Below are positions 8,598 to 17,440 of a stretch of DNA of 64,000 nt, one piece after another (within the stretch, counting starts at the first letter, position 1; every line of letters starts with the position of its first letter). Source of the stretch: Thermoanaerobaculia bacterium (GTDB lineage: Bacteria > Acidobacteriota > Thermoanaerobaculia > Multivoradales > Multivoraceae). The translations under genes were made by a program, and so were the position numbers. Where the stretch lies: the NCBI GenBank assembly GCA_022826745.1, contig JAJDUI010000014.1, positions 8,520-72,519 of the forward strand, read 5' to 3'. The notes under the pieces were generated by a model. That model ran no database searches and was not told the origin of the DNA. It was given only the letters and a program-made list of their open reading frames with translations.

Positions 8598-10820
8598 TCA
8601 CCGCTGCAGCAGGTAGTTCAGCTTGACGATCAACTGCCGGCCCAGGGGCTCGCGGCGGCTGATCGTCTCGGCCGTCCAGTTCTCGTTGTAGACGATGAAC
8701 AGGTCCGAGCCCGGACGGTAGATCCAGTGGAAGCGCGCGTTGACGCCGAGCAACTCGTCGGACGTGTTGTACTGGGCCAGCAGGTTGAGCCGGATGTTCG
8801 GACTGAAGGAGACGTCGATCCTCTGGCGGAACTGGTCGAAGCTGAAGGCCCCGGCCTGCAGCTTGACGTCCGCGTAGGTCCACTGCGTCGAGACGCGGAG
8901 GAAGCGGGACAGGCGAAAGGTCAACCCGGAGTTCGTTCTGAGCCAGTTGCCGTCGAAGAAACCGCCCCCGAAGGTGAGGTTGTCGAACCAGACGGCCCGC
9001 TTGCCGCTCGTGGAGAACCCGCCGGCGAAACCGTCGTTCTCGTAGAGGCCGGGCTGCACGACGATCCCGGGTGCGATCTCGAACGGCACGAACAGTTGTT
9101 CCTTCGTTCTCCGGAGTCCGCCCCAGAGGAACTCGCCGCTCAGGGTCTGCATGCCCAACGGCGAGACACCGACCGTCTGGCTCTCGAGCCGGCCGTCGCT
9201 GCTTCGTTCGAAGCGCTCATAGCTGAGATCCGACCACCAACTGAGCAGCCCTGCCTTCTCGATCCTCGGCCGCCACTCGAGGCGTGGATTGACCATCCGG
9301 AAGTCGCGACGCTGCAGGAATCCGACCGCCGGTTCGTAGTCCGGCTGCACCTCCACGTAGTCGCCCGTCAGACTGAGCTCCGGCCCCTGGTAGATGAAGC
9401 CGGCCCCACGCGACTCGTTGGCCTCCTGCTCGGAATCCGGGACTCCGCGATCGCTCACCGCCCAGAAACCGGAGAACTCGAGGCGTTGAGTCGGCTTGAA
9501 GTCGACGTCGAGGCCGTAGAGGCGTTCGCTCTCGTACCCCTCCCGGCTCCTCTCCGTGAAGATTCCGCCGACCGTCGACCGGTCGCCGATGTTCCGGGTA
9601 ACCCGGGTCACGCCATAGGTCGTGCCGGGAACGAGCATTTCGCCCGCCTCGCCATTGAGCGCCTCGGTCCGCGCACCGAGAGCGCCGACATTCCAGCCCC
9701 CGGCGCGGCCCGTGAGTCTGGCGCCGAGCTCGAGCGGGACCGTGCGCCCCTGGTCGAGGCCGATACGGCGGGAGAAGAACGGCCTCATCAACGCGCTCTC
9801 CCACGGCACCTTGGGCCTGGGACCGAAGTCGAACACGCCGGCGTTCTCGAGGAAGAAGTCGCGCTTCTCGGGGAAGAACAGGGAGAAGCGGGTCAGGTTC
9901 ACCTGCTGGTCGTCGACCTCGGTCTCGGCGAAGTCCGTGTTCCAGGTCAGGTCCAGGACCATCGAACGCGTCAGGCCCCACTTCAGGTCGATTCCTCCGT
10001 CCGAGTCGTCGGAGCTGCCCAGAGCCGGGTCGTCGGTGCGGCCGCCGATGACATAGGGCTTCACGTCGAACTGACGCGAGGGCCGGAGGCCTCGAAGGCC
10101 GGTCACATCGCCCGCCAGGGAAACCCGATACACCGCGATCTTCCCGAACTGGTTGAGATCCTCGGCGCTTGCCTCGAGAGGCAATGCGGCCCAGTGCGTC
10201 TCCTCGTTGCGCCGGCGGATGATCCGCTGGACGTTGAGCCCCCACCGCTCGACCCGGGGATCGAACCGAAGGGTGGAAACCGGAATCGCGATCTCCGCCA
10301 CCCAGCCGGCAGCGGTCCGGCGCGCCGAAACCCTCCACACGCCGTCCCAGGCCCAGTTCACGTCCCGGCCCTCGTCGGTAACCAATGCGTCGCCGCGGGC
10401 ACCGTTCGGGTTCGTCACCAGGACGTAGCCGTTGCGGAGATCGTGGAACGTGTCCAGCATCAGGAGGATCGAGTCGTCCTGGAACAGGTCGCTGTCCCGC
10501 TCCATCTCCTTCGCCACGATCCGCTCCGGCTCGCCGTCGTTCGCGCGGACCGCGACGAACAGGGTGTCGGGCGTGTAGGCGACGGCGAACTCGGTCGTTT
10601 CCGTCGACGGCGCGCCCGGACTCGGATCCCGCTGAGTGAAGTCGCCCGCCCACTCGGCTTCAAGCCAGGCGGAGTCCGTCAGCTCGCCGTCGACCCGAAC
10701 CGCCTGGTCGATGCCTAGCGCCGCGACGCTGGGACGGTCCTGTGCGGCGACGAGGGAAGAAGTCAGCAGCGCCAGAACGACACCGCACAAGACTGTCCGG
10801 CGCTCGCTCAGCCCGATCAT
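8598..10820 (-). CDS. CBM9-like/DUF5916 outer-membrane protein
   Basis: VDGELTDSAW, FTQRDP, NTDFAETEVDDQQVNLTRFSLFFPEKRDFFLE, FFSRRIGL; beta-barrel-like C-terminus. Confidence 0.9.
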   Translation of the reverse strand: MIGLSERRTVLCGVVLALLTSSLVAAQDRPSVAALGIDQAVRVDGELTDSAWLEAEWAGDFTQRDPSPGAPSTETTEFAVAYTPDTLFVAVRANDGEPERIVAKEMERDSDLFQDDSILLMLDTFHDLRNGYVLVTNPNGARGDALVTDEGRDVNWAWDGVWRVSARRTAAGWVAEIAIPVSTLRFDPRVERWGLNVQRIIRRRNEETHWAALPLEASAEDLNQFGKIAVYRVSLAGDVTGLRGLRPSRQFDVKPYVIGGRTDDPALGSSDDSDGGIDLKWGLTRSMVLDLTWNTDFAETEVDDQQVNLTRFSLFFPEKRDFFLENAGVFDFGPRPKVPWESALMRPFFSRRIGLDQGRTVPLELGARLTGRAGGWNVGALGARTEALNGEAGEMLVPGTTYGVTRVTRNIGDRSTVGGIFTERSREGYESERLYGLDVDFKPTQRLEFSGFWAVSDRGVPDSEQEANESRGAGFIYQGPELSLTGDYVEVQPDYEPAVGFLQRRDFRMVNPRLEWRPRIEKAGLLSWWSDLSYERFERSSDGRLESQTVGVSPLGMQTLSGEFLWGGLRRTKEQLFVPFEIAPGIVVQPGLYENDGFAGGFSTSGKRAVWFDNLTFGGGFFDGNWLRTNSGLTFRLSRFLRVSTQWTYADVKLQAGAFSFDQFRQRIDVSFSPNIRLNLLAQYNTSDELLGVNARFHWIYRPGSDLFIVYNENWTAETISRREPLGRQLIVKLNYLLQR

Positions 10821-11009
10821 CGCGCGATCTTAGCCGCGCCATTGACCGCCTACGGACGCGCGTCAAGCACTCCCGACACGCCTGGTGCACTGGCACCTGT
10901 GCGCCGCCGCAGGTCTGCCGAAGCGCGATACGCTGAGGAGTCCCAAACCGGCAGGAGAAGGCGCCTTGGGAAGAACCGCCGGCGCCCGGAGAACCGCAGG
11001 AGACATACG

Positions 11010-12047
11010 ATGTCCGCACGCATGCTGTTGATCGCCCTGGGCTGCGCCGGCGCGGCCGGATTCCTCGGTGCCGCCGGCAACGAGAAGACCTCCGACACGA
11101 TGGCCTCGGCGGCGAACAACCTGCTCGCCTCCCTGAGCGGCGAGCAGCGGGCGACCGTCACGCACGACTTCGACGCCGCCGAACGCGTCGACTGGCACTT
11201 CATCCCCAAGGAGCGCAAGGGGTTGTCGATGCTGGACATGGACCCGGCCCAGCACCACCTGCTCCACGCCCTGCTCAGCGCCTCCCTGAGCCGCACGGGC
11301 TACGGCAAGACGGCCACCGTGATGAGCCTGGAGTCCGTGCTGCGGAAGCTCGAGGAAGCGGCCGGCGCCAACCGCTTCACGTCGATGCGCGACCCGCTCC
11401 GTTACCACGTGACGTTCTTCGGTGAACCCAGCGAGGACGGCGACTGGGGCTGGAGCTTCGAGGGGCATCACGTGTCGCTCAACTTCACCGTCGTCGCCGG
11501 CGAGGCGACCGCCTCCACGCCCCTCTTCCTGGGCGCCAATCCGCACCGCGTCCCGAGCGGTCCGCGCGAGGGTCTGCGTGCCCTGGGCCGCGAAGAGGAC
11601 CTCGCCCGCAGGCTCCTCGACTCCCTCGACGCTGACCAGCGCAAGCGGGCCGTGATCGGCGACGAGGCGCCGCGGGACATCTTCAGTTCGAACCAGCCGC
11701 GGGTGCAGCGCGAGGAACCTCAGGGCCTCCCCGCCAGCGCGCTCGGGTCCGATCAGCGCGAGTTGCTCGACGCGTTGATCGAGGAGTACGCCGGCAACGT
11801 GCCGCCGGACCTTGCCGAGAAGCGCCGCGCCCAGGTCGAAGCCGCCGGCGACGCGATCCACTTCGCCTGGATCGGTCCGGGCGAGCCCGGCGCGCCCCAC
11901 TACTACCGGGTGCAGGCGCCGGACTTCGTCATCGAGTACGACAACGTCCAGAACCGGGCGAACCACAGCCACACCGTCTGGCGCGACTTCGACGGCGATT
12001 TCGGCCGCGATCTGCTGGCGCAGCACCACCGCGACTACAAGCACTGA
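11010..12047 (+). CDS. DUF3500-domain protein
   Basis: WHFIP, WGWSFEGHHVSLN, TPLFLGANP, YYRVQ..IEYDN, NHSHTVWRD..GDFG; SD AGGAG. Confidence 0.9.
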   Translation: MSARMLLIALGCAGAAGFLGAAGNEKTSDTMASAANNLLASLSGEQRATVTHDFDAAERVDWHFIPKERKGLSMLDMDPAQHHLLHALLSASLSRTGYGKTATVMSLESVLRKLEEAAGANRFTSMRDPLRYHVTFFGEPSEDGDWGWSFEGHHVSLNFTVVAGEATASTPLFLGANPHRVPSGPREGLRALGREEDLARRLLDSLDADQRKRAVIGDEAPRDIFSSNQPRVQREEPQGLPASALGSDQRELLDALIEEYAGNVPPDLAEKRRAQVEAAGDAIHFAWIGPGEPGAPHYYRVQAPDFVIEYDNVQNRANHSHTVWRDFDGDFGRDLLAQHHRDYKH

Positions 12048-12104
12048 CGCGGGCCCCGGCCGCGTTGCTAGGGTACGCCCCCAAACTCATCCAGGAGGCG
12101 CCCA

Positions 12105-13127
12105 ATGTCAGCACCCGCACCCGGCACGGCCGGGTGGCTTGCCCAGGTCCAGGAACAAACCGTCGACCCGTCCCGCCGGATCGTCGATCCACACCACCAC
12201 CTTTGGCGGCGACCCACGGGCGACTATCTGCTCGAGGATCTTTGGGGCGACACGGAGGCGGTCGGCTCAGACGGCCAGGGCCACAACGTGGAGAAGACGG
12301 TCTTTGTCGAGTGCCGGGCCTGCTACCGCGAAGACGGTCCGGAACACCTGCGCTGCGTCGGCGAGACGGAGTTCGTGGCGGAAGCTGCCGCCGCCTCCGC
12401 CACGGGCGACGGCGCGACGATCTCCGGCATCGTCAGCCACGCGAACCTGACCCTGGGCGAAGGCGTCGCGGAAGTGCTCGACGCCCACGAGGAGGCCGGC
12501 AACGGACTGTTCCGCGGCATCCGCCACGCAGGGGCCCGCGATCCCCATCCCGAGCACCTGCGGATCGCCGGACGTGCGCCCGAGGGTCTCTACGGTCGCG
12601 AGGACTTCCGGCGCGGAATGAAGGTGCTGGGTGACCGCGGCCTGACCTTCGACACGTGGCACTACCACCACCAGAACCGCGACTTCGCCGACCTGGCGCG
12701 GGCCGTGCCCGAAACAACGATGATCCTCGACCACTTCGGCACGCCGCTGGGCGTCGGCCCTTACGCTGACAGGCGCGAGGAGATCTTCGAGGCCTGGAAG
12801 GACGACATCGCCGAGATCGCCGCGTGCCCCAACGTGGTCGCCAAGATCGGCGGCCTGGCGATGCCGGACAACGGCTTCGGCTGGAGCGAGCGCGCCACTC
12901 CCGCGACCTCGGACGAACTCGTCGCCGCGCAGCGCCGCTACTACCTGCACACGATCGAGTGCTTCGGCCCCGACCGCTGCATGTTCGAGAGCAACTTCCC
13001 CGTCGACAAGCTCTCGATCCCGTACCACCCGATGTACAACGGCCTGAAGAAGATCGCGGCCGGCTTCCCGGACGACGAGCAGGACGCGATGTTCTACCGG
13101 ACTGCGGCCCGGATCTACTCCTTGTGA
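12105..13127 (+). CDS. Amidohydrolase family protein (Amidohydro_2)
   Basis: IVDPHHHLW, FRGIRH, ILDHFG, CPNVVAKIGG, FGPDRCMFESNFPVD. Confidence 0.92.
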   Translation: MSAPAPGTAGWLAQVQEQTVDPSRRIVDPHHHLWRRPTGDYLLEDLWGDTEAVGSDGQGHNVEKTVFVECRACYREDGPEHLRCVGETEFVAEAAAASATGDGATISGIVSHANLTLGEGVAEVLDAHEEAGNGLFRGIRHAGARDPHPEHLRIAGRAPEGLYGREDFRRGMKVLGDRGLTFDTWHYHHQNRDFADLARAVPETTMILDHFGTPLGVGPYADRREEIFEAWKDDIAEIAACPNVVAKIGGLAMPDNGFGWSERATPATSDELVAAQRRYYLHTIECFGPDRCMFESNFPVDKLSIPYHPMYNGLKKIAAGFPDDEQDAMFYRTAARIYSL

Positions 13128-14491
13128 GGCCGCGGCTCCAGGTCGGCGTCTGCGGTTTGCTGGCCGCGGCGTCCGCCTGGAGCCAGGTTCCGGAATCGAC
13201 GCCCGGCGAGCCGCCGGCGCCACGCTGGACCACGATCGAGCGCCTGTCGGAAGAACGTCTGGCGGCCGCTCACGCCGACATCCAACGCCTCCGCGCGGCC
13301 GTTCAACCGCCGCCGCCCCTCCCCGGCCTCAACGACTATCGCGGTGTGTTCCACGCCCACGCCGGCGACTCGGACCACACCGGCGGTACGCCTGAGGAAC
13401 TGCTCCGGGACGCCAGGCGTGTCGGCGTCGACATCGTCTTCCTTTCGGACCACTACCGGCCGCCGCGAGACTTCATGGACGGTTGGCGCGGTCTTCACGA
13501 CGGCGTGCTCTTCGTTCCCGGCTCGGAGGCGCACGGCTTCCTGATCCACCCCGAGGAGTCGGTCGTCGAGTACATGGGTGCCGACGCCGGCACATTGCTC
13601 CGCCATGTGAACCGCGGCGCCGGCATGGCCTTCCTCTCCCACGTCGAAGAGCGGGTCGAGCACCCGATGGACGGCCTGACCGGCATGGAGATCTACAACC
13701 GCCACGCCGACGCCCTCGACGACGGCGACTCGATGCGGGCCCTGGTCGCCTGGATCGTCGACCCGGACCGGTCGAAGGACCTGGCCCGCGCCGTCGAGCT
13801 GTACCCCGAGGAGGTCTTCGGCGCCCAGTTCGACTATCCCGCGCTCTACCTGGAGAAGTGGGACCGCGAGACGGCACGACGTCGGATCGTCGGCGTCAAC
13901 GCGAACGACTGCCACCACAACCAGGTCTTCGTCGTCATCAAGGTCGACGACGAGTCCGTCCGCGTCGGCACGATCGTCGACGATCCGGACGAAATGAGAG
14001 TTCTGACCGCCGCCGACGCGCCGGGAATCCCCGAACTCGTCAGCGGCCACGAAGCCGGTGCCGTCATCGGCCGCTACGACCTCGACCCCTACTGGGTCTC
14101 CATGAACAACTCCACGACCCACATCCTGGCGGCGGCACTCGACGAAGACTCCATCCGCACCGCCGTCGCCGCCGGCCACGTCTACGTCGCCCACGGCTGG
14201 CTGGCCGACCCGACGGGGTTCTCCTTCTACATCGACGAAGGGGAAGGGCCTACAGCCATCATGGGCGACGAGTGGACTCTGGAAGCCGGCGCAACGGTCG
14301 AACTCAAGGCCCGCTTCCCCTTGCCCGCAAAGGTCCGCCTCATCCGCAACGGCGAGGAGGTCGCCGTCACCGAAGCCCGGTCCCTCAACTACCGCCTCGA
14401 TCAACCGGGCGCCTACCGCGTCGAAGGCTGGCTGGAAGTCGACGGTGAATGGCGGACGTGGATCTACTCGAATCCGGTGTATGTGAAGTAA
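13124..14491 (+). CDS. Secreted PHP-domain metallohydrolase
   Basis: GVFHAH..SDH, LSDH, GSE, MEIYN, NDCH, C-terminal PGAYRVE..WIYSNPVY; GTG overlaps the upstream stop. Confidence 0.8.
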   Translation: MRPRLQVGVCGLLAAASAWSQVPESTPGEPPAPRWTTIERLSEERLAAAHADIQRLRAAVQPPPPLPGLNDYRGVFHAHAGDSDHTGGTPEELLRDARRVGVDIVFLSDHYRPPRDFMDGWRGLHDGVLFVPGSEAHGFLIHPEESVVEYMGADAGTLLRHVNRGAGMAFLSHVEERVEHPMDGLTGMEIYNRHADALDDGDSMRALVAWIVDPDRSKDLARAVELYPEEVFGAQFDYPALYLEKWDRETARRRIVGVNANDCHHNQVFVVIKVDDESVRVGTIVDDPDEMRVLTAADAPGIPELVSGHEAGAVIGRYDLDPYWVSMNNSTTHILAAALDEDSIRTAVAAGHVYVAHGWLADPTGFSFYIDEGEGPTAIMGDEWTLEAGATVELKARFPLPAKVRLIRNGEEVAVTEARSLNYRLDQPGAYRVEGWLEVDGEWRTWIYSNPVYVK

Positions 14492-14582
14492 GGCGAAAGC
14501 CTCATCCGGACTGCCGCCTCGTCGACCACCCCTCGCCTGGATCCCTCCGGCGACCAGTCACAACGCCGCCAGCTACCTTGAC

Positions 14583-14762
14583 TCAGTTCTCGGACGCGCC
14601 GCGTCTCCGCGACTTCTGAATCACCGCCAAGTGCTCGTCCCAGTTAGGCTCGACGACGGGACCCTGCTCCAAGTCACACTGCCGGAAGAAGTCCTGAAGT
14701 TCGGCAACCGACTTGAACGGACGCTCCTGCTGCCGTCGGTCGCTTCGCGATTCTCTACGCAT
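14583..14762 (-). CDS. 59-aa orphan protein, possibly an antitoxin remnant (below the ORF-track cutoff)
   Basis: Manual translation MRRESRSDRRQQERPFKSVAELQDFFRQCDLEQGPVVEPNWDEHLAVIQKSRRRGASEN; GAGGGAG/AGGA upstream; antitoxin resemblance recalled, not verified. Confidence 0.45.
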   Translation of the reverse strand: MRRESRSDRRQQERPFKSVAELQDFFRQCDLEQGPVVEPNWDEHLAVIQKSRRRGASEN

Positions 14763-14787
14763 TCCTGAGGCACTCCCTCAACGCGTG

Positions 14788-15504
14788 TCACCGCGTCAGC
14801 CTCGACTCCCACGGACTGTACCCTGGTGTCACGGGATACTCCAGGTCTCTGCCACATGACACGCTTGGGTAGAACGCCACGCTCGTGACACAGCCACTGC
14901 TGGTGGCCAGCCAGAGCAACACCCTGCCATTCTCCTTCCAGCAGGCGACGGAGCCGCACCCATAGTAGTCGCATTCGCAGGGGAAACACGCTCCGAGATG
15001 GCTGCCGTGTCGATCCAGATCCCGGTACTGGGTCTGCGGAAACGTGACTTCGCGGAGGCCGAGAACCTCGCTCTCAACAAACAGAGGAAGGAACTCATAG
15101 GCGCTCATTCCCGCGAGAGATCGGACGGACTGTTCGGAGCATTCGGCGAGGAGAAAGCTCCCCAGCAACCGCGCCATACCGACACTCGCCCGCGGGATCG
15201 GCGGCGGGCTGCCGACTTCTTCCGACGCGCCCGCCTCGTCACTGAACAGTCCGTCGTAGACGCGGTCGTCCGAGAAGACAAGGTAGCGGCCGTCGCGCAC
15301 CTCCTGAGGCACTCTCAGGCCGTCCACCCCCACATCGACCGTCGGCAGCACGTTTCCAGAGTTCAAACGTTCCCACTGAGCTTCGGTCAGAGCCAGCAGG
15401 CCGTACGATTCTTGATCCTCGGGTGGCCACCAAAGCTCGAATCCGGCTCGCGCAGCAGCCTTGACGAGCGCCAGATCCGGACGGCTGGGCTCAGTCGGCG
15501 TCAT
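14788..15504 (-). CDS. Hypothetical protein with lower GC and a Cys cluster
   Basis: GGAG-N6-ATG at 15504; CFPCECDYYGCG motif; atypical codon usage. Confidence 0.6.
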   Translation of the reverse strand: MTPTEPSRPDLALVKAAARAGFELWWPPEDQESYGLLALTEAQWERLNSGNVLPTVDVGVDGLRVPQEVRDGRYLVFSDDRVYDGLFSDEAGASEEVGSPPPIPRASVGMARLLGSFLLAECSEQSVRSLAGMSAYEFLPLFVESEVLGLREVTFPQTQYRDLDRHGSHLGACFPCECDYYGCGSVACWKENGRVLLWLATSSGCVTSVAFYPSVSCGRDLEYPVTPGYSPWESRLTR

Positions 15505-15577
15505 CGTCAACTCCAGCTTCAGTCCAGTTTGGCATCTACTCAGCCTAGTCGAGACGATGCCCGCCAGTCCGCCGCGG

Positions 15578-15770
15578 CCGACGCCCTCCAGCCCCTCCGG
15601 GCCGGAGGGGAGGGTCCACGGGGGCTGTCGGCAAGCGACGGCCGACACCCGCTCGTGAACCGACGCCCGACCGGAGCGCAGCCGACCGAAGCGAGCGCCC
15701 ACCCTACCTCCACCGAGAAAGCGCGAGCGGCCCCGGGGACCCTCCCCTCCGGACCGGAGAAGGCGGGTGC
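15578..15770. repeat. Structured interspersed element, copy A
   Basis: Imperfect ~33-bp inverted arms (~15591-15624 / 15731-15764) around core AGCGCAGCCGACCGAAGCGAGCGC (15675-15698), shared with copies B and C. Confidence 0.85.
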
Positions 15771-15800
15771 CACCGACGCCGCTACGCTGCACCGACGCCG

Positions 15801-17075
15801 CTAGTTCGCCGCGCTCTCCTCCGTGTACCGCCGCAGCTCGGCGCGGCCGACGACGAGGTGATGGACCTCGTCCGGGCCGTCCGCGATGCGCAGGGTCCGC
15901 TGGCCGGTGTACATGTCGGCGAGCGGGGTCCACTGCGAGACGCCGGTGGCGCCGTGCATCTGGATCGCCTGATCGATGATCTGGCAGGTGCGCTCGGGGA
16001 TCATCGCCTTGACGGCATGGACCCACACCCGCGCTTCGCGGTTACCCAGAACGTCCATCGCCTTGGCGGCGCGCAGGACCATGAGGCGCATCGCCTCGAT
16101 GTCGATACGGGCCCGCGACACGACCTCGATGTTCTTGCCGAGCTGGATGATCGGCCGGCCGAAGGCCTCACGCGACATGCCGCGCTTGACCATCAGGTCG
16201 AGCGCCTTCTCGGCCTGACCCACCGACCGCATGCAGTGGTGGATACGGCCCGGGCCCAGCCGGAGCTGGGAGATCTCGAAGCCGCGGCCCTCGCCGAGCA
16301 GGATGTTCTCCTTCGGCACGCGCACGTTGTCCAGCTTGATGTGCATGTGGCCGTGGGGGGCGTGGTCGTGCCCGAAGACCTTCATCGGTCCCAGGACGTT
16401 CACGCCCGGCGTGTCCATCGGCACCAGGATCTGGGACTGCTGGCGGTGCGCCGGTCCGCCCGGGCTCGTCTTGACCATGCAGATCATGATCTTGCAGCGC
16501 GGGTCGCCGGCGCCGGAGATGTAGTACTTCTCGCCCTGGATTAGCCACTCGTCGCCATCGAGGGTCGCGCGGGTGCCGATGTTCTTCGCGTCCGAAGACG
16601 CCAGGTTCGGCTCCGTCATGCCGAAGCAGGAGCGGATCTCGCCGTTCAGCAGGGGCTCCAGCCACTTCTCCTTCTGCTCCTCCGTGCCGACGCGCTTGAG
16701 CACCTCCATGTTGCCGGTGTCCGGCGCACTGCAGTTCATGCACTGCGAGGCGAGCGGGTTCTTGCCCAGTTCCTGGGCGATATAGGCGTAGTCGAGGTTC
16801 TTCAGGCCTTCGCCCGTCTCCGCGTCCGGCAGGAAGAAGTTCCACAGGCCCATCTCCCTGGCCTTGGCCTTGGCGCCGTCGAGCAGCTCCAGCTGCCCCT
16901 CGCCGTAGCTCCAGCGGTCCTCCCGCCCTTCGCCGCGGCGGTAGTACTCCTCGGTGATCGGCTCGACGTAGTCGGCCATGAAGTTCTTGACCTTCGTCAG
17001 AAGCGGCTTAGCCCCCTCGGACATCGAAAGGTCGTACAACTCGGCGTCGATGCCGAACGGGTCGAGATCGGGCAT
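15801..17075 (-). CDS. Acyl-CoA dehydrogenase
   Basis: NCSAPDTGNMEVL, CFGMTEP, RLGPGRIHHCMR, IQMHGA.G, RIADGPDEVH. Confidence 0.95.
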   Translation of the reverse strand: MPDLDPFGIDAELYDLSMSEGAKPLLTKVKNFMADYVEPITEEYYRRGEGREDRWSYGEGQLELLDGAKAKAREMGLWNFFLPDAETGEGLKNLDYAYIAQELGKNPLASQCMNCSAPDTGNMEVLKRVGTEEQKEKWLEPLLNGEIRSCFGMTEPNLASSDAKNIGTRATLDGDEWLIQGEKYYISGAGDPRCKIMICMVKTSPGGPAHRQQSQILVPMDTPGVNVLGPMKVFGHDHAPHGHMHIKLDNVRVPKENILLGEGRGFEISQLRLGPGRIHHCMRSVGQAEKALDLMVKRGMSREAFGRPIIQLGKNIEVVSRARIDIEAMRLMVLRAAKAMDVLGNREARVWVHAVKAMIPERTCQIIDQAIQMHGATGVSQWTPLADMYTGQRTLRIADGPDEVHHLVVGRAELRRYTEESAAN

Positions 17076-17388
17076 GGCTCTCTTGCTCCTTCTCCCAGAA
17101 AGTCAGGGCTCTGTGATTTGAGGTCGCGAAGCTATCGCAGCCGGCCGGCGGACGCCACAGCCGGGCGGCCCGGTCGCCGTTTCGGGCGGCCGCCTGATTC
17201 AAGAACCGGAATCCGGGATCCGAATCATGGATCCGCCGGATCCAGAGCTTCGTAGGAGATCCGTCCAGGACAGTGAATTGCCGTCCTGGTACGTCTGAGA
17301 GCCAACCGGCGTCCGAACTCGAAAAACCCGCGTGGAAACGACACCAAACGGCCCGACCGGGTGCTCGTCCGACCCCTGTCACAAGAAC

Positions 17389-17404
17389 TGGCATCCGCCT
17401 TGCT
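17389..17404 (+). promoter_or_regulatory. Sigma54 (-24/-12) promoter
   Basis: TGGCAT-CCGCC-TTGCT matches TGGCAC-N5-TTGCW with exact spacing, 36 nt upstream of the receptor start. Confidence 0.7.
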
Positions 17405-17440
17405 CAACCGACCTGTGCCCCACAACTGGAGGGAACTTCC

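Noticed and set aside
15578-15770. Structured elements as integron attC sites or classic MITEs
   Set aside because: No RYYYAAC/GTTRRRY boxes or integrase; arms are not sequence-conserved between copies as transposase-bound terminal repeats would be
14998-15804. 268-aa + strand ORF crossing element A
   Set aside because: Antisense to the SD-led orphan gene; its C-terminus is just translated repeat sequence
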